Assembly: GCA_046318155.1 (NCBI GenBank)
Contig: JBKCUU010000047.1
Coordinates: 1 to 64,000, forward strand
Direction of reading: 5' to 3'
Source: Bdellovibrio sp.
Lineage (GTDB): Bacteria; Bdellovibrionota; Bdellovibrionia; Bdellovibrionales; Bdellovibrionaceae
Length of the DNA stretch: 64,000 nt
Positions 37,212 through 47,073 of the stretch are shown piece by piece; the stretch's first letter is position 1, and every line of letters starts with the position of its first letter. Both the position numbers and the translations under genes were made by a program. The notes below the pieces were generated by a model. It saw only the letters and a program-made list of their open reading frames with translations. It was not told where the DNA came from and searched no databases.

Positions 37212-38348
37212 ATGCAAAGTATCAAATCCTCTTTAAAGCCTCTTATCGAATCCTCGCATGGCGTTCACGTCACAATCTACATGGTGAACGAGGGTGGACA
37301 AGAAAATATCATGCGCCAACTTCGACAATCGCTCGAAGAAGCCCACGACTTCCTTCAGCCCGTCATGTCTTTGCAGGAGCGGCAGATGCTTCTTGCTCCG
37401 CTCGATCATTTATTAGTTGAGGGACACGTTTTTCACCACATGCAGGGAAATATCGGCCTCTTCCGCACGAAAGACTCCTTTCGCATTTTGAGCATCCCCG
37501 TTGACATGCCTCGCAGTGTCCATGTCGCGACGACTTTTCATGTCAAGCCTTTGCTGCAATGGATTCAGGTCGACCAAGAATACTTTTTGCTTGGACTTGA
37601 TGGTCAACAGGCCCATCTTTACATCGGCAACTATCACTCCATCCAGTTGATTGAGTCCATCGCTTGCCCGCTCCAGAGCGGTCTTGCGGATAGCGCGAGC
37701 TTGGCAAAAAAAGGCGACGACGAAGAGATCTTGAGTGGTGAAATCCCTGTTTGGATCAGGAGCTGGATTTGGCAGCGAGCAAGCAAGACGAATCCTCTTT
37801 TTTTTATTGCTGGGCCCCCGGCCTATTGCCGACAAATTTTTAAAGGCATCAAGTACCATCGGACCGTCCGCGAGCCTCTTTTGACAAGCTTTTCGAAACC
37901 GGCTCTCGAAAGCTGCACCTCTGCGATCCAAGACTATCTAGAAAGTCATGCTCACCGTGAACTCGCTTCAGCGCTCGTCGAATATGAAGTCGCGTCCGAA
38001 GAAAATCGGACCCGGCGAAATATCTTTCAGATCGCAAAGGCGGCAGCGCTCGGAAAAGTACGCAAGCTCATTATCGCCAAGGACACCGTTATTCACGGCA
38101 AGTTGGATCTCAGAACTGGGGGCCTTGCGCTTCATCCGTTTGATTTGGACCATGAGGATGACGACATCTTGGATGACTTGGCGCAGGCGGTTCTTGCCCG
38201 CGGCGGCGAGGTGCTCGTTGTTGACAAGGCCCAGTTACCGAAGGGACGCGCGGCTCTGGCAATTCTGGATGAGTCTCTTCATCTGGAGCAATCGCCTTCG
38301 CCTTACCTGGGGTCGGCTCTCAATTCTCGCGGAACACCCCAACTCTAA
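37212..38348 (+). CDS. baeRF3-like (bacterial archaeo-eukaryotic release factor / Balon-like) protein, paralog 1
   Basis: HVTIY, FHVKPLL, IAKAAALGKVRKLII, DDILDDLAQAVLARGGEV (L7Ae-like C-domain); no GGQ in the middle domain. Confidence 0.75.
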   Translation: MQSIKSSLKPLIESSHGVHVTIYMVNEGGQENIMRQLRQSLEEAHDFLQPVMSLQERQMLLAPLDHLLVEGHVFHHMQGNIGLFRTKDSFRILSIPVDMPRSVHVATTFHVKPLLQWIQVDQEYFLLGLDGQQAHLYIGNYHSIQLIESIACPLQSGLADSASLAKKGDDEEILSGEIPVWIRSWIWQRASKTNPLFFIAGPPAYCRQIFKGIKYHRTVREPLLTSFSKPALESCTSAIQDYLESHAHRELASALVEYEVASEENRTRRNIFQIAKAAALGKVRKLIIAKDTVIHGKLDLRTGGLALHPFDLDHEDDDILDDLAQAVLARGGEVLVVDKAQLPKGRAALAILDESLHLEQSPSPYLGSALNSRGTPQL

Positions 38349-38372
38349 CATTTGAATAAACTGGAGAATTTT

Positions 38373-39506
38373 ATGCTCAAATCCACGACAAAAACTCTTT
38401 CGAATTTACTCACCTCTCAAGGCGGTGTTCACCTCACGATCTACTTGAACAATAACGGTGACATCATTGACCTTAAGGATCAGCTCCGAAAACGACTCCT
38501 CGAAGCAAAAGACTGGCTTGAGCCCGTGATGACGCCGGTTCAGCAAGAAAAATTTCTTGAGCCAATCAATGCACTCGTTTTGGACACACGACTTTTAAAA
38601 GACCTTAAGGGGGCTATCGGGCTGTTTAAAAACACCGACTCGTTTCGGTTGCTGGGGATTCCAGGAAGCGTCGATCCGAGCTACCACGTGGCAAGCTCTT
38701 ATCACGTCAAACCGCTCCTTCGTTGGATCCAGACAGATCAAGACTTCATGTTTCTGGGATTTGAAAAAACGCGTGTGCACCTGTACTCTGGAACGCAAAA
38801 TTCATTTAGACTGATCGATTCTGTCTTGTTTCCAGATCTCATTTCAAAATCATTGGACCACGGCGAAGACAATCTCAAAGGAGCACGCCAACAAAAAGCG
38901 CAAGTGAAGCAAACCTTGCTCTGGCTCAATCAATGGATTGCAGAACTCACGGCCCAGTCGATGCCTGCGCTTTTTGTGGCGGGTGAGGCGTCGCTGACAA
39001 AAGAATTCTTCAAGTTCTCCACTTACAAGAATTTGGTCCCGACGGCCTTGTCTGGTTTTTTTAATAAAAACGAAGCTCTCAGCTTTGCTCGGCGCATTCG
39101 AAATCTGCAAAAATCCGAATCTTCAAAAAAATTTGAAGGCGCACTCCAGGATTTTGAAATTGCCGACAAACAGAACCAGGCTTGTTCGGATCTCTTCGAG
39201 ATGACCGCGGCTGCCGTTAGAGGCCAAGTCCAAAAACTGGTCATTGCGGATGACATGAGCCTCTTCGGAAAAGTGGATCATGATTCAGGTGTTCTGACTC
39301 TGCATGCGCATGACCTCAACCACGAGGACGATTGCATTTTAGATGATCTGGCGCAGCTTGTTCTTAACCAAGGCGGGCAAGTGGTGATCGCAAAACAAAA
39401 TCAGATTCCTGACGGGCGCCCGGCACTCGCGATCTTGAATGACGAAAGACCCCAGACAACGGCGCACGCAGGTCTGCACGATGTCCTGCAAGAGAGGTTT
39501 GGATGA
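38373..39506 (+). CDS. baeRF3-like / Balon-like protein, paralog 2
   Basis: HLTIY, YHVKPLL, AAVRGQVQKLVI, DCILDDLAQLVLNQGGQV; collinear with paralog 1. Confidence 0.75.
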   Translation: MLKSTTKTLSNLLTSQGGVHLTIYLNNNGDIIDLKDQLRKRLLEAKDWLEPVMTPVQQEKFLEPINALVLDTRLLKDLKGAIGLFKNTDSFRLLGIPGSVDPSYHVASSYHVKPLLRWIQTDQDFMFLGFEKTRVHLYSGTQNSFRLIDSVLFPDLISKSLDHGEDNLKGARQQKAQVKQTLLWLNQWIAELTAQSMPALFVAGEASLTKEFFKFSTYKNLVPTALSGFFNKNEALSFARRIRNLQKSESSKKFEGALQDFEIADKQNQACSDLFEMTAAAVRGQVQKLVIADDMSLFGKVDHDSGVLTLHAHDLNHEDDCILDDLAQLVLNQGGQVVIAKQNQIPDGRPALAILNDERPQTTAHAGLHDVLQERFG

Positions 39507-39910
39507 ACAAGCTGATCTTGCTCGAAATCTGGAGAAAAGCGCAAACGCAACCGAGAGTCATGCGAAAGCTCAAGATTTTTTTGATCGTCGGCGTCCTGGG
39601 CTGCGTGTTGACAGCAAGTCTTGTCATCTGGGCGGGCATTTCGGCCCTTTCGTTTGTTGTCGGCAAATCAAGAGACCTCATGCAGTCGCCTCAGGTGTCG
39701 GCTCATGTCGAAAAAATGCAAGACCTTCCCGTTCACGCCGTGACATTTCAGCCAGTTGAATGCTGGCAAAGAGCGCTCAGCCTTTTAGCTGTCGAACCTT
39801 GGGTTTTGCAGTCGGCCCTGACTAACTTGCAAAACTTAAAAGCCTCATGCCTTGGCTCGCCAGCTTCCTCAGATTCGATGAACAACTCACCCACCAACAA
39901 GGAGAATTGA
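39503..39910 (+). CDS. Hypothetical single-pass membrane protein
   Basis: One long hydrophobic segment, two C-terminal-domain Cys; ATGA-coupled to the upstream gene. Confidence 0.7.
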   Translation: MNKLILLEIWRKAQTQPRVMRKLKIFLIVGVLGCVLTASLVIWAGISALSFVVGKSRDLMQSPQVSAHVEKMQDLPVHAVTFQPVECWQRALSLLAVEPWVLQSALTNLQNLKASCLGSPASSDSMNNSPTNKEN

Positions 39911-39911
39911 G

Positions 39912-40295
39912 ATGATTCAAATAAAATTTAAAAACCTTGAGAAATCACAATTGGCCAGTGAGGCAGCTTTAGAAAGAATCGAAGGGCTCATCCTGAAATT
40001 CCCTGACCTCGCAAAAAGCCATGTCCAGCTGACCCTCGAAATGCAGAACTCACCCTTTCAAGCCGGTCCTGATCTGTTCAAAATCAAGCTGTGCACCACA
40101 CGGGGACGATACACAGGGATCGTGGTCGAAAAAGAGGATGCGAATCTTTACGTCGCCCTGGCTGAACTGACTGACGACATGCTTGAGGTCCTCAATCGAT
40201 TCGGTGATCGCGAACGCGTAAAAAGACTCAAGCAAGCGCGAACCTTCGTTCGAGAGCTCAAGAAAAAGAGCGTGGACCACGACAAGGCGGGGTGA
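39912..40295 (+). CDS. HPF/RaiA family ribosome-associated protein
   Basis: MIQIKFKNLEKS..., beta-alpha-beta-beta-beta-alpha pattern, EDANLYVAL (cf. DLYAAI). Confidence 0.72.
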   Translation: MIQIKFKNLEKSQLASEAALERIEGLILKFPDLAKSHVQLTLEMQNSPFQAGPDLFKIKLCTTRGRYTGIVVEKEDANLYVALAELTDDMLEVLNRFGDRERVKRLKQARTFVRELKKKSVDHDKAG

Positions 40296-40334
40296 CTGGC
40301 TCTCGTTTCAAGATCATGAGCTGGAGTGGCGAGC

Positions 40335-41420
40335 CTATTCTCTGAGCGCTGTTCGCCGGGTCATCGAGACCCGCGAATTGAAAAAATCGGCCATCGCCTG
40401 CTGAATACTGTCGCCGGATTTCGCTATCATCACGGCTGAAAAAAGGGCGTGACCAAAATCAAGCCATACACTTGTCATTCGCACATGAAAACGAAATTTT
40501 CGCAGCGCCAAGCTTTCGCTGTGGGTTTCGAGCAAGATCATTAAAAGTTGGCGCAAACAACGCCCGTACTCGGCGCCCTCCTCTTCGGGTGTTTGCGGCG
40601 CCCTTTCACCCTCGCGGCCATAGGGAGCCGCAAGCCCCAGGCGCTCACCCACCTGCCACATCATCCAAGGCCGGGCGGCGAGCGCGCGGCCACTCATGGC
40701 GAGATCACACCCGGTTTCTTCAAGAATCTGAAAGACGTCATCGACGGTTTGCACATCGCCATTACCGATGACCGGAATGTTGACGTTCTCGCGAAGGCGC
40801 TTGATCTGATCCCAATCGGCGCTGCCTCGTCTTTTTTGTTCGGCCGTGCGAGGGTGCAAAGTGACCCAAGAGGCCCCGGCGTCTTGAAGTCTGTGAACGA
40901 AGTTAAGTAAAAAATGAAGGTCCCCTTGAGGTCCGGCACGCAACTTGACGCTGACGGGGACCGAACTATTCCTCACCGTCATGCGCACCACTTCGGCCGC
41001 ATAGGCCGGATCACCCATCAGCGCGACGCCATAATTGTGCTTGAGCGCTTTTTGTACGGGGCAGCCCATATTGATATCGATGCCCTCGGCTCCCCACTCG
41101 ATCAGGCGCGCGACGGTTTCTTGAATGGGGCCTTCTTCATTGCCTAAAATTTGCGGCACCAAGCCCGATTCAAAAGGGGCACGCAGGGTTTCGGGCGTTT
41201 GTCCGACTTTTTCTTTGGGGATTTTCCAAGAACTCAGCATTTCGGTGGGCCAAATGGTTTTGGCTCCCGCAGGCAGATAATTTCGTGTGACCAAGCGAAG
41301 CGCCATGTGCGACATCCCAACCATGGGAGCCATACAGAGGGGAAAATTCACCTCCCCGTTCAACAATGAGCGACGTGTCGCCCCAAAGCCGGGGGCACGA
41401 ATTGTCCTTAAGTCTTGCAC
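40335..41420 (-). CDS. tRNA-dihydrouridine synthase family (DusB-like)
   Basis: MAPMVG, IDINMGCPV, VSVKLR, LHPRT, GNGDV. Confidence 0.88.
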   Translation of the reverse strand: MQDLRTIRAPGFGATRRSLLNGEVNFPLCMAPMVGMSHMALRLVTRNYLPAGAKTIWPTEMLSSWKIPKEKVGQTPETLRAPFESGLVPQILGNEEGPIQETVARLIEWGAEGIDINMGCPVQKALKHNYGVALMGDPAYAAEVVRMTVRNSSVPVSVKLRAGPQGDLHFLLNFVHRLQDAGASWVTLHPRTAEQKRRGSADWDQIKRLRENVNIPVIGNGDVQTVDDVFQILEETGCDLAMSGRALAARPWMMWQVGERLGLAAPYGREGERAPQTPEEEGAEYGRCLRQLLMILLETHSESLALRKFRFHVRMTSVWLDFGHALFSAVMIAKSGDSIQQAMADFFNSRVSMTRRTALRE

Positions 41421-41469
41421 CCCTGTCGTTTAACCAATAATTTGTCAAAAAGAAAGGACTCTCAAAGAT

Positions 41470-42573
41470 ATGCAAAAACGCATCGGCATCCTTGGTGGCG
41501 GTCAACTGGCCCGCATGCTCGCTCTCGCAGGAGCTCCCCTTGGATTTGAAATGCATATCTTGAGTCCCTCCAAACTCGACCCGGCGGCACAGGTCACCGG
41601 CTTTCACCATCTTGGTGATCCCAGCAAACTCGAAGATCTTAAAAAGTTTTTGACCCAAATCGATCACCTCACTTTTGAGAGTGAGTTCTTCGATATGGAT
41701 GTGCTGCAAAAGGCACTGGGTTCTTTAGCTCAAGCCCCTGGTGTTTTTCCAAATGCGGGCGTCATGCGTGACTTGCAAGATCGCAGCAGTCAAAAGCAAC
41801 TCTTGATCACGCATGGTTTGGCGACATCGCCGTGTATGTTTGTTCAGAGACCCCTTGATCTGAAAACTGCGTTTGAAAAATTCAAAAAAGGTTATGTCGT
41901 TAAAAAAGTGCGTGGGGGCTACGACGGCACCGGCACGTTTTACGTCAAGAGTCTTCAAGAGCTCGAAAAGCTTCAGGTCGCCTTTCCGGGGATTTCAATT
42001 GCCGAGAGTTTTGTCAAATTTAAACGCGAACTTGCTACTTCGGTCGTTTGCGATGGCAAGAAAGTGCACTTTCTTCCACTTGTCGAATCTCATCAAACGG
42101 ATTCACGTTGCGACTGGGTTCGCGGGCCCGTTAAACACCGCGCCTGGAACAAGCTCTCGTTGAAAATCGAAAAGATGCTGCTCAAAATTGGCTATCAAGG
42201 CGTGATCGCCTTTGAGCTTTTTGATACTGGCACGAATCTCCTGGTCAATGAAATCGCCCCGCGGGTGCACAACTCAGCTCACTACACACAAGACGCGCTT
42301 AATTTTTCGCAATTTGCTTTGCACCTCCTAGCTGGCACAGGCGCCAAGCTTCCACGCCTGGAACTCAAAACAAAATGTTTTGTCATGATGAATCTGGTTG
42401 GCGAGAGCTACTCGTCTTTTGTTTTTCCGGATGTTTTAGAAGGAAACCTTCACTGGTACGGCAAAGCCTCGAACCGCCCAGGTCGCAAAATGGGACACCT
42501 CAACTGGGTCGGCGCGCGACTCGTGCCGCTTTTTAAAAACGCTCTCAATGAGCGCGCAAGGATCCGCAAATGA
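41470..42573 (+). CDS. purK: N5-CAIR synthase
   Basis: GILGGGQLARM, GGYDG.G, NEIAPRVHNS, HWYGK...RKMGH. Confidence 0.95.
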   Translation: MQKRIGILGGGQLARMLALAGAPLGFEMHILSPSKLDPAAQVTGFHHLGDPSKLEDLKKFLTQIDHLTFESEFFDMDVLQKALGSLAQAPGVFPNAGVMRDLQDRSSQKQLLITHGLATSPCMFVQRPLDLKTAFEKFKKGYVVKKVRGGYDGTGTFYVKSLQELEKLQVAFPGISIAESFVKFKRELATSVVCDGKKVHFLPLVESHQTDSRCDWVRGPVKHRAWNKLSLKIEKMLLKIGYQGVIAFELFDTGTNLLVNEIAPRVHNSAHYTQDALNFSQFALHLLAGTGAKLPRLELKTKCFVMMNLVGESYSSFVFPDVLEGNLHWYGKASNRPGRKMGHLNWVGARLVPLFKNALNERARIRK

Positions 42574-43079
42574 AAAAGCCAAAAGCTCCGCCGAAGAAAA
42601 AAGTCGCCATCATTATGGGAAGCAAAACCGATTTGAAGGTCATGCAGGCCGCGGCCGATGTGTTAAAAGAATTTGGCATTCCCTACCACCTCGAGGTGGT
42701 ATCGGCCCACCGAACTCCCGAAAAAATGTTTGAGTTTGCCCGCCTTGCGCACGAACGTTTTAGCTTGATTATTGCGGGGGCTGGCGGCGCAGCCCATCTG
42801 CCTGGAATGGTGGCATGCTTGACGACCTTGCCGGTTATTGGCGTTCCTGTCCAATTGGGGTCGCTCAAAGGGATGGATGCCTTGTTGTCAGTTGTGCAAA
42901 TGCCAAAAGGGATTCCGGTTGCAACAGTTGCCATCGACAACGCCGCCAACGCGGGACTTTTAGCCGCCCGTTTTGTGGGAATGAATGACGAAAAGATCCA
43001 AAAGAAGCTGCAAAAGTACCAGTCATCGCAAAAAAAGAAAGTTGCGCAAATGAACCGCGAGATTAGGCTCGCGCGGTAA
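42570..43079 (+). CDS. purE: N5-CAIR mutase
   Basis: IIMGS..D, VSAHRTP, GAGGAAHLPGM, QMP.GIPVATV. Confidence 0.97.
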   Translation: MKKPKAPPKKKVAIIMGSKTDLKVMQAAADVLKEFGIPYHLEVVSAHRTPEKMFEFARLAHERFSLIIAGAGGAAHLPGMVACLTTLPVIGVPVQLGSLKGMDALLSVVQMPKGIPVATVAIDNAANAGLLAARFVGMNDEKIQKKLQKYQSSQKKKVAQMNREIRLAR

Positions 43080-43587
43080 CGGCCTGCTCGCGGCGCTCGG
43101 CCAAAGCCCGAGCCGCCAAGCCAATGGCACCTGAGAACACCAGATCACCTGCCATTTGATTTTTCAAAAATGGCAAAGCCATTACGAAACATTCCGACAG
43201 CCCCCTGACGTTCATCGGGTACATTTGACCTGACATCCAAACGCCAAAGTTCGTGATGAAAAAAAATAAAAGACTCGCGGTCAAGCTGCCGGCCACTGTG
43301 CGCATCCAAGAGGCTCGTGGCTGAATCCAAAGCGACAAGGCCGTGATCAGCATGAAAGCGCCGTACACCCAAAACAGGGTGGAGTGAAAACCCAAAATGA
43401 AATCACTCAGGATCAGGATGATGATTGGAATGGCAAAGGCGGCCCGCCGGTCTTGAAACAGAGTGGTCGCCCACAAGGCCAGAGCACCCACGGCTGTAAA
43501 GTTCGCTGGGTGCGGCATCAATCGGGTCAGGACACCGAGCAAAACGAATCCAACGGCTATAAAAAATCCAACTCGCTTCGACATCAT
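43063..43587 (-). CDS. DUF6580-type putative transport membrane protein
   Basis: RLMPHPANFTAVGALAL, FFITNFGVW, ALPF..NQ..GD. Confidence 0.78.
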   Translation of the reverse strand: MMSKRVGFFIAVGFVLLGVLTRLMPHPANFTAVGALALWATTLFQDRRAAFAIPIIILILSDFILGFHSTLFWVYGAFMLITALSLWIQPRASWMRTVAGSLTASLLFFFITNFGVWMSGQMYPMNVRGLSECFVMALPFLKNQMAGDLVFSGAIGLAARALAERREQAVTARA

Positions 43588-43820
43588 TCGCCTCCCGGGA
43601 GTCGCTTAGCTTAACACCGAAGGCCTTGTTTTTACTTTAGAATTGTCAGATGTCAAGGGCCCTGAGCCCCCCAGCAAAAAAGCATCTGCAGCTTTGACTT
43701 TAAGACCCCTTCTCGTTAATCCCTTAGTCTTTAAAGACCTCAGAGATTTGGCAAGGACAGGTGGCTGCTTACCATGGCGTCAATCCCTAACTTGCACCCA
43801 AATACATAGGAGCTTGGTCA

Positions 43821-44588
43821 ATGCTTTCGACACTCTTCTTGCTCACCTCTTTTGCTTGGTCCGCGAACTCGAATTTGATCGACACCGCTCAAATCGAGGC
43901 GACGTCTTCGCTTGAAGAAAAGATCGAGACGAAAACCACTAAAAAGCCAGCAAATCAAAAGAGCCGCTTGGTACCCGATATCTCTGGATCTCTCAACACC
44001 GAGCAAATTTCGATTCTTCGACTTGAAGACAAATACCAAACCCCGCGCACACGCACCTACGATTTTCGCGCAGATTTGACCTTTGAAAGCCTGCGCCTAA
44101 AAGGCGAAGCGCCGAATTCTTACTTGGGCGCGTACAATGCTCAAGACGCCGGCGCGATTCCGCTGGTCGCCTTGCATTTTGGTTTCTTAGCACCGATCAA
44201 AGGCGCTTTCTCGGCAGGTCTCTCGGCTTTTGGCGCCTACGGATTGCGGGAGTACAACTTGGTCTCGCCTGATGGCTCATCGCTGAAGCCCCGCTTAAAT
44301 GTGGTCATGTACGGAATCAGTGCTCAGGCACGCTATGCTTTCAAGCCCCATCTTTTTTCTGAGTTTGCTTATGAGCAGGGCCAGCTCGGCATTCGTCAGT
44401 CGTCAAACGAAAGTACACTGGCGCAATGGAGCGATGATGCTCGCACGCAGGCTTCTAAGCTGGGTGTTGGTTATATTTTTACAAACGGCTGGGAGCTCGC
44501 GGGACACGTCCAACAACGCACCTTGCTTGCCAGTGCCTTTGAGGTAGATTTGAATCAATGGTCGATCTCCACAGGAGTGAAGTGGTAG
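43821..44588 (+). CDS. Hypothetical exported / outer-membrane protein
   Basis: Signal peptide, beta-strand pattern, C-terminal GVKW. Confidence 0.6.
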   Translation: MLSTLFLLTSFAWSANSNLIDTAQIEATSSLEEKIETKTTKKPANQKSRLVPDISGSLNTEQISILRLEDKYQTPRTRTYDFRADLTFESLRLKGEAPNSYLGAYNAQDAGAIPLVALHFGFLAPIKGAFSAGLSAFGAYGLREYNLVSPDGSSLKPRLNVVMYGISAQARYAFKPHLFSEFAYEQGQLGIRQSSNESTLAQWSDDARTQASKLGVGYIFTNGWELAGHVQQRTLLASAFEVDLNQWSISTGVKW

Positions 44589-46165
44589 TGACTCAAACAG
44601 CTTTGATCGTCAGCGTTCTTCTTCTCTTAGTTGCAGCCGGCGGCCACGCGCGGACATCGCCAACTCCGGCCGATTCCAATCTCCGAGCGGCTCAACCCCC
44701 AGCTCCTGCGCCTGGTCGCCCTGTCTTGATACTGACTCCCCGGGACGTCGCTCACCGTATTTTGAACGACAGTGACCGAGCCAAAGAGGTCAATTACAAC
44801 GCCGACCTCATTCGCCTACCGTACGCTCAGGTTTTGTCGAAGTATGATTTTTCGGTTTACTTTGAAACCGGCTATCAGCGTTCAAAAGTTGAATCCGTAG
44901 GCGGCAACGCCTCGTCAGATATGGATCAGAGCAATTTGACAACGTTCACCTTGCAAAAATCCTTCAGCACTGGAACGACTGCGCACATTGAGTTTACTCG
45001 AAATCAGACTCGTTACGACTTGCTTGCGACGGCGCCCGTCACTTTTGTTGACCGCTACACGCAAAATATTGCAGGCCTCACGTTGACACAAAACTTGTGG
45101 GGCAATTTTTTCGGGATGGCCGATCGCGCCGAGGTCTCGTCGGCCGAGAAGTATTACATGGCTTCGCGCGTGACTCGCGCCAATGATTTGCAGACGCTTG
45201 TTCTTGAAGCCCTCGAAGCCTATTGGACGGCGTACGTCGCTCAAGAAACATTTCAAGAGTCTTTGAGCTCGCGTGATCGGTACGAAAAGCTGGTGAGTTC
45301 AATCCGCCGCAAATCTTCGTTCGGTTACTCAAGCCCCGGAGAACTGCCGCAAATCCAAGCTGAGTTCGAAATCCGCCAGCAAACGGTCAAGACGGCGTCT
45401 GCGAATTATCTGCAAGCGCTTGACTCTTTGGCCACCTTGCTTCGCATTCCTCCTGGAACCGAAATTCAGTTTCAGTCCAGCGAAGAGTTGCCGCCGCCGC
45501 CCAAGCTCGGTCCCGTTGAGATTGATAAACTTCGCGCTGTTAAGTCCGCCCGCCTTCGAAAAGAGGCCGCGGAGTCATCTTATGACGGCAGCAAATCACG
45601 CAACCGTGCGGACCTCTCGCTCGTCGGCAAGGTCTACACCTCTGGTTTGGACGAAACTGATAGCGGTGCCGACAATGAGTTCTTAGCGGGTACTCGGCCT
45701 CGCTCCTACGTCGGCATTCGTTACCAATATACGTTTGGCAGCGGTTTGCGTGAAGAAGATATCTTGAACAAAAAGCTGACGAAGGATCTTGAGGCCACCA
45801 GATTTGAGCGCATGCGACTTGAAACGAGCGATCAGTTGCTCAATCTTGAACGCCAAATTCAGGCCAATTACAACGTCGCCGTCAGTTCGAAAAATCAACG
45901 CGTGTTGCGCGAAAAAGCGATCAACGAATTGAACCGCACCTACGCGCAAGGGCGCACCGATATCGCGATCTTGATCGAGGCGATGAACAAGTATTTTAAT
46001 TCTGAAATTGATTTGATCCGCTCGATTGGAAATTACCAAATTGCGCTCAACCGCTTTGCGGCTCTTCGCGATGAATTGATCCCAGATCCTTCTGTTCCAA
46101 ATGCCAACGTACAAACTGGGATGCCGGTTTCCGAAGAAGCTCCCACGCCTGGAGGCGCACGATGA
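44588..46165 (+). CDS. TolC family outer membrane protein
   Basis: Signal peptide, two OEP repeats (LTQNLW, EAYW, YAQGRTDI). Confidence 0.8.
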   Translation: MTQTALIVSVLLLLVAAGGHARTSPTPADSNLRAAQPPAPAPGRPVLILTPRDVAHRILNDSDRAKEVNYNADLIRLPYAQVLSKYDFSVYFETGYQRSKVESVGGNASSDMDQSNLTTFTLQKSFSTGTTAHIEFTRNQTRYDLLATAPVTFVDRYTQNIAGLTLTQNLWGNFFGMADRAEVSSAEKYYMASRVTRANDLQTLVLEALEAYWTAYVAQETFQESLSSRDRYEKLVSSIRRKSSFGYSSPGELPQIQAEFEIRQQTVKTASANYLQALDSLATLLRIPPGTEIQFQSSEELPPPPKLGPVEIDKLRAVKSARLRKEAAESSYDGSKSRNRADLSLVGKVYTSGLDETDSGADNEFLAGTRPRSYVGIRYQYTFGSGLREEDILNKKLTKDLEATRFERMRLETSDQLLNLERQIQANYNVAVSSKNQRVLREKAINELNRTYAQGRTDIAILIEAMNKYFNSEIDLIRSIGNYQIALNRFAALRDELIPDPSVPNANVQTGMPVSEEAPTPGGAR

Positions 46166-47073
46166 AAAGATTTGCTCTCTCTCTCATGATGATTTTGTCG
46201 CTAATCCTGTCGGCCTGTGCCTTTGATGGTAAAGATGACACCGATCAACGCGACCTCGAAGACCGCGAAGAACTCTTGCGAACTTTTTCGCAGATTCAAG
46301 GGATCTACACGGGAACCATCGAAACTCAGTACAAGACCATGCCCGCGAAGCTCACGATCACTTACCGAGAAATCGTCGTCGGTAAAGACTCAGACGGACA
46401 GCCAAGGTACCGCCCTGTACTGGTCGCCCGCCTGAGCCGGCCTGAGCTTTTTGCTCTGGATATCCGCATGGACGGCAAATACATTTCGCGTACGGGTGAT
46501 CTGACTCTTTCGACGAGTGAAAACGGCGGCGAATTTTTGCAAGGCCGAGGCAGCATCTTGGGCGGCAACTACCAAGCAACACTATCAAATGCGAACTTGG
46601 GCTATTACGGCCTCTTGCGCGTCGCTTTGCTCTCGCGTGAAATTCGCACCGAAGAAAACGACGATGCCGAACAGCGTGACCGCATTCGCGATCGCATGAA
46701 CCGACTGGCTGGCACTTATGCGGCCGTGATTAGACCTGATGTGACAATTCCAGATGAACCCGAAGACGTGATCCGCTCAGAGCTGCGATTGCTGGTCGAA
46801 GAGACCGACACATTTCCGCGCTTGATCGCCTTCTACAATCACAAATGCGGCGCCTTGGTTCCCATTCGCTCGACAGTGACATTCCGTCCAGAGATGGTGC
46901 CACCCGAGATTTCATTCGTGACGGACTCTGGAACAAACGGGCTCAAAATCTCATTTGCTGGCACCTTTGTGAACTCGGCGATTGAAGGCCGCTTCCAATT
47001 CCCAACCTTCAGCGGCGCCCTTAAAGCCGCCAAACGCACCGACGGCCGCCCCACCTGCAACAAACCCAAATAG
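46162..47073 (+). CDS. Hypothetical lipoprotein with two-fold internal repeat
   Basis: Lipobox LSAC; GIYTGTI / GTYAAVI repeat units. Confidence 0.7.
   Translation: MKRFALSLMMILSLILSACAFDGKDDTDQRDLEDREELLRTFSQIQGIYTGTIETQYKTMPAKLTITYREIVVGKDSDGQPRYRPVLVARLSRPELFALDIRMDGKYISRTGDLTLSTSENGGEFLQGRGSILGGNYQATLSNANLGYYGLLRVALLSREIRTEENDDAEQRDRIRDRMNRLAGTYAAVIRPDVTIPDEPEDVIRSELRLLVEETDTFPRLIAFYNHKCGALVPIRSTVTFRPEMVPPEISFVTDSGTNGLKISFAGTFVNSAIEGRFQFPTFSGALKAAKRTDGRPTCNKPK

Noticed and set aside
37212..39506. GGQ tripeptides in both baeRF paralogs as release-factor catalytic motifs
   Set aside because: One is in the N-terminal domain and the other in the C-terminal GGxV motif; neither is in the middle-domain loop or shared between paralogs
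43588..43820. Vitamin riboswitch upstream of the DUF6580 transporter
   Set aside because: No cobalamin, TPP or FMN consensus recognisable
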